From a bacterium (GTDB taxonomy: Bacteria; Vulcanimicrobiota; Vulcanimicrobiia; Vulcanimicrobiales; SCRA01), in assembly GCA_004298675.1 (NCBI GenBank), contig SCRI01000058.1:72669-136668 (forward strand): a DNA stretch of 64,000 nt, read 5' to 3'. Each line of letters begins with the position of its first letter. The stretch's first letter is position 1. Position numbers and translations under genes: made by a program. The notes under the pieces were generated by a model. The model searched no databases. It had not been told where the DNA came from and saw nothing but the letters and a program-made list of their open reading frames with translations. Positions 57,387 to 64,000 of this stretch are shown here, piece after piece.

Positions 57387-58144
57387 ATCTCATCGGTCTC
57401 TGGACGCTGGTCAAGCGTGAGATGAAGCGCAGCTTCCAGATCATCAATCAGGTGATCTGGCCGCCCATCATCTCCACGCTGCTCTACGTCTTCGTCTTCG
57501 GCTTGGCGCTGGGCAGCCGCATCAAAGGCATCCAGGGCGTCAGCTACGCGCAGTTTCTGCTGCCGGGCCTGGTGATGATGCAGGTTATCGACGGCGCCTA
57601 CGGCGAGTCGTCCAGCTCCATCTTTCAAGCGCGTTTCACCTATGCGATACAGGAGATGCTGATCGCGCCGATGAGTGCGGGCGAGATCGTTTTCGGCTAT
57701 GTCTTCGGCAGTGTGCTGCGCACGTTCCTCATCGCCAACGTGATCATGGTGTTGGGGCTCGTGCTGCTGCACACGGTGCCGGCGTCCTGGGGACTCTACG
57801 TGTTGGTGCTGCTGCTGGTAGCCGTGCTCTTCGCCGCGCTTGGGATCATTTTCGGCCTGATGGCGGAGAAGTACGACAACATTGCCGTGCTCACGACCTT
57901 CGCGATCACGCCGCTGGTCTTCGTGGGCGGCGTGTTTACCTCGATCCACCTCTTGCCGCCGGTGGTGGCGCACCTCTCGCTGCTCAATCCGATCTTCTAC
58001 ACGATTGATGCCTTCCGTTATAGTTATACCGGTCAGTCGGACGTGGGCTTGGCCGTCTCGCTGCCGGTGGTGGCGGCGCTGACGGCGGCGGCCTACGCGA
58101 TTGCCTACGCCATGGTGCGAGCGGGGTACAAGTTGCGGGCATGA
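57383..58144 (+). CDS. ABC-2 type transporter permease
   Basis: From ATG 57383 (ATGA overlap): MNLIGLWTLVKREMKRSFQIINQVIWPPIISTLLYVFVFG... with 6 TM helices. Confidence 0.85.
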   Translation: MNLIGLWTLVKREMKRSFQIINQVIWPPIISTLLYVFVFGLALGSRIKGIQGVSYAQFLLPGLVMMQVIDGAYGESSSSIFQARFTYAIQEMLIAPMSAGEIVFGYVFGSVLRTFLIANVIMVLGLVLLHTVPASWGLYVLVLLLVAVLFAALGIIFGLMAEKYDNIAVLTTFAITPLVFVGGVFTSIHLLPPVVAHLSLLNPIFYTIDAFRYSYTGQSDVGLAVSLPVVAALTAAAYAIAYAMVRAGYKLRA

Positions 58145-58893
58145 ACGAGCTGAGCACGGGTACGGACGCGCTCTTCGAGCGTGAGCTCGCAGCCCATCTG
58201 CGCGCGCTGACGTCCAGCAAGATGGAAGAGCTGCGCGCCCAGTTCCGCGCCGAGTCGTGGGTGCTCTTGGGTCGTCTGCTCCCTGAGGCCTGGGAGCAGC
58301 GAGTGCGGCGGGAGGCCTGGGACGTACTCGAGCGGCGCGGGGTGCAGCGCGACATCAGCGTGCCCGAGACGGGCCACTCGCCGCGCCGGCTGCGCAACGT
58401 GCGCCAGCGCGAGATTGCCGCGGAGACCGAGATCCTTCCGCGCCTCTACTACGCCGGCGCCCTGCGTACACTGGTTGCGGAGATTGCGGGCAGTCCCGCG
58501 GAGCTCTGCCCCTTCGCGCCGGAGCGTTTCGTCCTGGCCTCGATGTCGCGCGTGGGTGATACGCACGGCTGGCATTGGGACGACTATGCGTATGCGTTGG
58601 TGTATCTCATCGATGCCCCGCCGGTGGGCGCGGGGGCGGAGGTGGAGTATCTGCCGGGCGTTGCGTGGGAAAAACAGCAGCCTTGCGTGCAGGAGCACCT
58701 CGCCGCGGGGCGCGTGCGCAAGCGGCGCGTCGAGTCGGGTGAAGCCTATCTGCTGAGGGGCGACACGACGCTGCACCGCGTCGCGCCGCTGGAGCGCGAC
58801 GCAACGCGCGTGGTCTGCGCCATGGCCTACGCCCATCCCGACGATCTCACGCGCGCGATCACGCACGAAACCACCGAAGCCTTCTATCGCTAG
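58141..58893 (+). CDS. Putative Fe(II)/2-oxoglutarate-dependent oxygenase
   Basis: 250 aa. The facial triad and 2OG-binding pattern are H-W-D (GDTHGWHWDD) ... H (TTLHRVAPL) ... R 10 residues later (ATRVVCAMAY). The start overlaps the permease stop (ATGA). Confidence 0.55.
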   Translation: MNELSTGTDALFERELAAHLRALTSSKMEELRAQFRAESWVLLGRLLPEAWEQRVRREAWDVLERRGVQRDISVPETGHSPRRLRNVRQREIAAETEILPRLYYAGALRTLVAEIAGSPAELCPFAPERFVLASMSRVGDTHGWHWDDYAYALVYLIDAPPVGAGAEVEYLPGVAWEKQQPCVQEHLAAGRVRKRRVESGEAYLLRGDTTLHRVAPLERDATRVVCAMAYAHPDDLTRAITHETTEAFYR

Positions 58894-58902
58894 AGCTTCG
58901 TG

Positions 58903-59733
58903 CTAGACCCCGGAGAAGAAGGGGTTGTGGCGGCGCTCCTGCGCGATCGTCGTCGGGGGCCCGTGCCCGGGCAGCACCACGCTCTGCTCGTCTAGCGCGA
59001 AGAGGCGCATGCGTACGCTCTTCAAGATGTCGTCGTAGGTGGAGGCGTCGCCGGCGGCCGCGCCCACGCTGCCGGCGAAGAGCGTGTCACCGGTGAAGAC
59101 GAGATTGCGGAAGAGATAACAGACGCTGCCGTCGGTGTGCCCGGGCGTGTGCAGCACGCGGATCTCCGCTTCGCCGAAGGGCACGTGCTCGTCGTCCTGC
59201 AGCTTCATGGCGCGGTGCTCGAGCGCTCCGATAGCGAAGGCGTCGTGGCGGTGGATGAGTATCTGCGCGTCGGGGAAGGCACGCGCGACGTCCGCGGTCG
59301 CGTCGCAGTGATCGGCGTGCTTGTGCGTGATCAGGACGTAGCGCAGGTGAAAGGGGCCGTCGGCAACGGCGCGCAGCAGACGCTCGGGCAAGCCGGCGGG
59401 GTCCACCAGAGCGGCGATACGCGTCTGCTCCAGGAAGAGCAGGTAGCCGTTGCTTGGGTGCGGTGCGTTGATGTGGTGGCGCACGTCGCTGGGTAGCCCG
59501 GTGGCAGGGTACCAACGCTGGAAGACGGCGTCGGCGAAGCGGCCGGGGTCCAAGCTCAGCGCGCGCGCGATGCGCCGCGCCTGCTCCTCCGTGGGCTGCT
59601 CCCGGCCGCCGGCGACGGCTAGCACCAGCGCGGGCTCCAGCTCCGTCTCGCGCGCCAGGGCCGCGGCATCTTTCCCGGTACCCCGCTGCGCCTTGCGCAT
59701 GATGTCGGTATAGTCGTCTTCGAGCGCAAGCAT
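58903..59733 (-). CDS. MBL-fold metallo-hydrolase (glyoxalase II-like) with an N-terminal extension of about 75 aa
   Basis: From ATG 59733: ...YVLITHKHADHCD (HxHxDH)...HTPGHTDGS...TGDTLF...LPGHG. Confidence 0.8.
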   Translation of the reverse strand: MLALEDDYTDIMRKAQRGTGKDAAALARETELEPALVLAVAGGREQPTEEQARRIARALSLDPGRFADAVFQRWYPATGLPSDVRHHINAPHPSNGYLLFLEQTRIAALVDPAGLPERLLRAVADGPFHLRYVLITHKHADHCDATADVARAFPDAQILIHRHDAFAIGALEHRAMKLQDDEHVPFGEAEIRVLHTPGHTDGSVCYLFRNLVFTGDTLFAGSVGAAAGDASTYDDILKSVRMRLFALDEQSVVLPGHGPPTTIAQERRHNPFFSGV

Positions 59734-59794
59734 GGGGGGCGCTTCGCCCTGGGCGGCAACCGGGACCTGGCTAACCCGGGTTGAAGAGGGCGCC

Positions 59795-60730
59795 ATGGAG
59801 AAGGTCATCATCATCGGCTCCGGCCCCGCCGGGCTGACCGCCGCGCTCTACACGGCGCGCGCCAATCTCTCGCCGCTGGTGCTTGCCGGCGGTCTCTACG
59901 GTGGGCAGCTCATGCTGACCACGGAGGTCGAGAACTATCCCGGCTTCCCCGAAGGCATCATGGGTCCCGATCTCATGGAACGCTTTCGCGCGCAAGCCGA
60001 GCACTTCGGCGCGCGTATCCGCAACGAAGATTGCACCCGGGTCGACTTTAGCGGCGGGCGCCGCCGCGTGTGGGTGGGAGAGGAGGAACTGGAAGCCGAG
60101 TCGGTGATCGTGGCTACCGGCGCTTCCGCCCGCTGGCTGAACCTGCCCAACGAGGCGCGCCTGCGCGGACGCGGCGTCTCCACCTGCGCGACGTGCGACG
60201 GCGCCTTCTTCCGCGATAAGGAGATCTTGGTGGTGGGCGGCGGCGACTCCGCGATGGAGGAGGCGCTCTTTCTCACGCGCTTCGGCAAGCGCGTCCGCGT
60301 GATCCATCGGCGCGGCGAGCTGCGTGCCAGCAAGATCATGGGCCAGCGCTGCCTCACGCACGCGCAGATCGAGTTCGTCTTGAACAGCGTCGTCGAGGAC
60401 GTGACCGGCGATCCCGTGATGACCGGAGCGCTGGTGAGGAATCTCGTGACTGGAGAGGTGACCAAGCTCGACGCGGACGCGCTCTTCATCGCCATCGGCC
60501 ACGATCCGAATACGGCGGCCTTCAACGGCCAGCTCGAGTTGGACGACGCGGGATACATTCGCTCGGAAAACGGCGTCACGACGAGCGCGGTGGGCGTCTT
60601 TGTCGCCGGCGACGTCTTCGATCAACGTTATCGCCAAGCCGTGACGGCGGCCGGTAGCGGCTGCCGTGCCGCCCTCGAAGCGGAGAAGTATCTCGAGCAC
60701 TGCGCGGCAGTGCAAAGCGTCGAGGTGTAG
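59795..60730 (+). CDS. trxB: Thioredoxin-disulfide reductase
   Basis: From ATG 59795: MEKVIIIGSGPAGLTAALY...VSTCATCDGAFF...VVGGGDSAMEEA...FIAIGH...VFVAGDV. Confidence 0.93.
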   Translation: MEKVIIIGSGPAGLTAALYTARANLSPLVLAGGLYGGQLMLTTEVENYPGFPEGIMGPDLMERFRAQAEHFGARIRNEDCTRVDFSGGRRRVWVGEEELEAESVIVATGASARWLNLPNEARLRGRGVSTCATCDGAFFRDKEILVVGGGDSAMEEALFLTRFGKRVRVIHRRGELRASKIMGQRCLTHAQIEFVLNSVVEDVTGDPVMTGALVRNLVTGEVTKLDADALFIAIGHDPNTAAFNGQLELDDAGYIRSENGVTTSAVGVFVAGDVFDQRYRQAVTAAGSGCRAALEAEKYLEHCAAVQSVEV

Positions 60731-60739
60731 ACGGCGCCG

Positions 60740-61651
60740 ATGACCGCGGAGCGGGTGCTGGTGACCGGAGCCTCCGGCTTCATCGGCTCCGCGGTCGTGA
60801 GGGAGCTGCTGGGACGCGGCCGTGACGTGCGCGCGCTCTGCCACGAGCATACGCCTCTATACGCTCGTGGCGTGGAGGTGGTACGGGGAGACGTGACCGA
60901 TCCCGCGGCACTGGCCGCGGTGGCCGACGGCTGCAGCGCGATCGTTTACGCGGTGCAGTTTCCGTCGTCGCCTATCGAACAGCCGCACCGTGGATGGACG
61001 TTCGAGCGCGTCGACCTGGGCGGCGTGCGCAATCTGCTGCCACATGCGCAACGCGCGGGCGTGGCACGCGTGGTGTACGTCAGCGGCTTGGGGCTCTCGG
61101 AGCGTGCGCCGCTCCCGAGCCATCGCGCCAAAGCGTTGGCGGAGCGCGCAATCCGGGAGAGCGGCGTGCACTTTACCTTCATCAAGCCGTCGCTGGTGGC
61201 CGGGGAGGGCAGCCGCCCCGTACGGACGCTGGCGCAGCTGATCCGCAGGGCGCCCGTCATACCACTGATCGGCGACGGCTCCAGCAAGGTCCAGCCGGTC
61301 TACGTCGGCGACGTCGCGCGCTTGATCGCCGATGCGCTGGAGAGTCCCGCCGCCGCCGATCGCGCTATCGAGATCGGCGGCCCCGAGGTGCTGACGATGA
61401 AGGGGCTGATGCTCAGGATAGCCGCCCTGATGGGCGTGCGCAAGCTGGTTCTGCCTGGCCCGTTGCCGTTACTCATGCTTGCGGCGGCGCTGGCGCAACG
61501 GCTGCCCAATCCGCCGCTGTCGCCTGACGCAGTGCGCTTCCTGACGACCGATGCGGAGGCCGACAACACGGTGCTCTTCGAGGCCTTTCCCTCGTTCCGC
61601 TTGATGCCGGTAGACGAGGCGCTGCGCCGCAGCATCGCGCGAGCGGCGTAG
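60740..61651 (+). CDS. NAD(P)H-binding atypical SDR (NDUFA9/NmrA-like)
   Basis: VLVTGASGFIGSAVVREL... with Rossmann GxxGxxG. 303 aa. Confidence 0.75.
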   Translation: MTAERVLVTGASGFIGSAVVRELLGRGRDVRALCHEHTPLYARGVEVVRGDVTDPAALAAVADGCSAIVYAVQFPSSPIEQPHRGWTFERVDLGGVRNLLPHAQRAGVARVVYVSGLGLSERAPLPSHRAKALAERAIRESGVHFTFIKPSLVAGEGSRPVRTLAQLIRRAPVIPLIGDGSSKVQPVYVGDVARLIADALESPAAADRAIEIGGPEVLTMKGLMLRIAALMGVRKLVLPGPLPLLMLAAALAQRLPNPPLSPDAVRFLTTDAEADNTVLFEAFPSFRLMPVDEALRRSIARAA

Positions 61652-61658
61652 TCGAGCA

Positions 61659-62972
61659 CTACGCGCGCGTGGAGACGTCCGCTCCCACCAACGCCTCGAT
61701 TTCGTCGATCTCGCGCGGGATTGAGGCCGTCAGGTTCTCGCAGCCGTCGCGCGTGACAATGATGTCGTCCTCGATGCGCACGCCGATGCCTTTCCAGCGC
61801 TCGGGCACGTCGAGATCGGCGTGGATGTAGATGCCGGGCTCCACGGTCAGTGCCATACCGGGCTCGAGCGTGCGCCACTCTCCGCCGATCTTGTAGGCGC
61901 CGACGTCATGCACGTCGAGCCCCAGCCAATGTCCCGTGTTATGCATGAAGAAGTCGAAGAACTTCTCCTGCTCGATCAGCGTGTCGACGTTACCAGCGAG
62001 CAGACCCACGTCAACTAGCCCCTCGGTTACCACGCGCACAGCAGCCTCGTGGTAGGTGCGGAAGGAGTTGCCGGGCTTGACGGCTTCGATACCCGCGCGC
62101 TGCGCGCGCAGCACGATATCGTAGATGGCTCGCTGCTCCGCGCTGTACTTGCCGTTCACCGGCCACGTGCGCGTGACGTCGGTGGCGTACACGTCCAACT
62201 CGCAGGCGGAGTCGACCAGCAGCAGCGTTCCATCGGCCAAGTCGTCGCGGTTGGTGTTGTAGTGCAGGATCGTGGCGTTGTGGCCCGCGCCGCAGATGGA
62301 AGGGTAGGCCACCGCCTGGGCGCCGCGCACAGCGTACTCGTACTCCATCCGCGCCTCAACCGCGTACTCGCCGATCCCCGGCCGCGTGTTACGCATGCCA
62401 GCCAGGAAGCCTTCGCGCGTGATTGCGGCGGCGCGCCGCAGAATCTCGATCTCTTCGGGCTCCTTGATGAGCCGCATCTCGGCTAACGGAATGCGCGGAT
62501 CGTGGAACTCGATGGGTGCCACCACGCCCTTGCGCGCCTGCCGGCGCAGCGCTCTCACCGCATCGAGCACCGTGCGGTCCAGCGTCTCGTTCTCGCCCAG
62601 CGTGTACCACAGGCGCTCGTGGCCCGCCAGCAGATCCGGGAGGCGCGTGCTTAGTTCGCCGATCGGATAAGCCTCGTCGGCGCCGTAGCGCTCCTTTGCG
62701 CCATCGACGCCCACGCGCCGGCCGTTCCAGATCTCCAGCGCGCGGTCCAACGGCAAGACGAAGAGCACCGTGCGCGGCTCCGGCACACTGGTGAGCACCA
62801 GCACGGCCTCCGGCTCGGGCCAAGCCGTCAGATAGTGCAGATCGCTGGATTGCCGGTAGTCGTACTGGGTGTCGTTGCTACGGATTTGGTGAGGGGCCGC
62901 GGGGATCACGGCGACGCCGCCGTTCATTTGGGCCCGTAGTGCCTCCCGGCGCTGCGCGAAGGTGCTCGTCAT
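61659..62972 (-). CDS. pepP: Xaa-Pro aminopeptidase (M24B)
   Basis: [16 protein letters not shown]...[13 protein letters not shown]...[11 protein letters not shown]...GVRIEDD. The start overlaps the upstream MCP stop (ATGA). Confidence 0.9.
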   Translation of the reverse strand: MTSTFAQRREALRAQMNGGVAVIPAAPHQIRSNDTQYDYRQSSDLHYLTAWPEPEAVLVLTSVPEPRTVLFVLPLDRALEIWNGRRVGVDGAKERYGADEAYPIGELSTRLPDLLAGHERLWYTLGENETLDRTVLDAVRALRRQARKGVVAPIEFHDPRIPLAEMRLIKEPEEIEILRRAAAITREGFLAGMRNTRPGIGEYAVEARMEYEYAVRGAQAVAYPSICGAGHNATILHYNTNRDDLADGTLLLVDSACELDVYATDVTRTWPVNGKYSAEQRAIYDIVLRAQRAGIEAVKPGNSFRTYHEAAVRVVTEGLVDVGLLAGNVDTLIEQEKFFDFFMHNTGHWLGLDVHDVGAYKIGGEWRTLEPGMALTVEPGIYIHADLDVPERWKGIGVRIEDDIIVTRDGCENLTASIPREIDEIEALVGADVSTRA

Positions 62973-64000
62973 GGCAAGGTTCTTTGCCCGTTGGAGGTAG
63001 GCAATCCTCGAACGTCGGCATCCTCCGGCGGCACCAGGGCCGCGGCCTCGACGGCGCTTCCGTCCGCGAGCGCGAGCTCCGCTGCCTCGGCCTCGTCGGC
63101 ACGTTCCGCTGTGTCGCCGGTCTGGAAGGTGGCGGCCAGGTCGCGCAGGGCGCCGGCGCGCTCTTCCAGCTCGCGGCTGGTGGTGACCAGCGAACGGGCT
63201 TGGTCGAGCACGCTGCGAGCCTGCATCGCCCCGCTCTCGCTGGCCTCCGCTACATGATCGATGGATTGCTTCTGCTCGCGTGCGGCGATGGCCACCTGCT
63301 CCATGCGCATCGAGATGTCGCCAACGGTTTGCGACAGCTCGTGTGCCGAACTGGCTTGGCGCTGCGCCGCGTCGGAGGAAGCGCGCGTCATCTCCATCAT
63401 ATGGCGCGCCACCTGCGAGATCTCGGTGCCGGCTGCGGCTTGCCCCTCCGAGCGCGTGCGCACGGTGGTCAACGTCTGCGCGACTGAGGAGATCGAGGTC
63501 ACGATGCGCTCGATCGCCGCAGCCGCGTGCTGGGCGAGCGCATCACCGCGCTCGGCAGCCTCACCGCTACGCTCGCTCACGGCGGCAACGCGCGTCGCGT
63601 TGCGCTGCATCTCCTGAACCAGCGTCGCGATCTCCCGCGACGAACGCGAGGACTGCTCGGCGAGTTTGCGCACCTCGTCGGCGACGACGGCGAAGCCGCG
63701 ACCGTGCTCGCCGGCGCGTGCCGCTTCGATGGCGGCGTTGAGCGCGAGCAAATTGGTTTGGTCGGCAATCTCGTCGATCAGCGCAACCACCTCGCCAATG
63801 CGCTGCGAGGCGGCCTGCAGCGCATCCATCTCCTTGCGCACCTCGCGCAGCGTGGCCGCCACCTCGCCCATCGACTGCGCCAACTGCCCCACCGATCCGC
63901 CTCCCTCCGTTGCGGATGCGGCGGCGGCCGCCGACTGCTCGTTGGCCGCGCGCGCGTCGCCGGCCATCTCCATGGCGCTGCGGTCGAGCTGCGCTGCCGT
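62969..64000 (-). CDS. Methyl-accepting chemotaxis protein, C-terminal part (N-terminus beyond the window end)
   Basis: [35 protein letters not shown]. The reading frame stays open to position 64000. Confidence 0.85.
   Translation of the reverse strand, partial: TAAQLDRSAMEMAGDARAANEQSAAAAASATEGGGSVGQLAQSMGEVAATLREVRKEMDALQAASQRIGEVVALIDEIADQTNLLALNAAIEAARAGEHGRGFAVVADEVRKLAEQSSRSSREIATLVQEMQRNATRVAAVSERSGEAAERGDALAQHAAAAIERIVTSISSVAQTLTTVRTRSEGQAAAGTEISQVARHMMEMTRASSDAAQRQASSAHELSQTVGDISMRMEQVAIAAREQKQSIDHVAEASESGAMQARSVLDQARSLVTTSRELEERAGALRDLAATFQTGDTAERADEAEAAELALADGSAVEAAALVPPEDADVRGLPTSNGQRTLP

Overview
GC-rich, very gene-dense bacterial chromosomal window. I call about 60 protein-coding genes on both strands and one tRNA-Leu. 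I found no rRNA, CRISPR array, transposase, integrase or phage genes. Many adjacent genes overlap by 1-13 nt (GTGA, ATGA, TGATG junctions), so most of the window is organised in tightly coupled operons. Most content is housekeeping:
- prfB (with its programmed +1 frameshift), rlmN, glyQS, ppdK, dnaG-rpoD, rmlAB, pstSCAB
- pepN, dacB, manA, tldD/pmbA, malic enzyme, trxB, pepP
- signalling genes: two MCPs, a histidine kinase with a GGDEF response regulator, and two further receiver proteins

Two loci deserve the most attention.
1. 21.5-28.5 kb holds a lysine-fermentation-type (beta-lysine) cluster: lrp-kdd-kamA-REC-(P-loop protein)-(MutS-like ATPase)-kce. It carries the presumed aminomutase-reactivase pair but has no B12-dependent 5,6-aminomutase genes, and a stand-alone receiver domain is inserted in it.
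2. 51.9-58.9 kb holds a MocR-regulator-led operon of unclear function. It encodes a secreted beta-propeller/phosphoesterase fusion, a DDAH/amidinotransferase-fold protein that seems to lack the catalytic Cys, an ABC-2 exporter and a 2OG/Fe(II) oxygenase.

Smaller signals:
- a perfect Gram-positive-type LexA (Cheo) box upstream of dnaG
- AT-rich operator-like sites sharing GGATAA half-sites
- a 10-bp inverted repeat in a divergent promoter
- a recurring 14-nt motif just 5' of several start codons
- a 181-nt convergent gene overlap
- several genes whose family-like N-termini lack a canonical start codon

Nothing here is demonstrably a novel system from sequence alone. All functional calls rest on motif recognition by eye and need HMM or BLAST confirmation.
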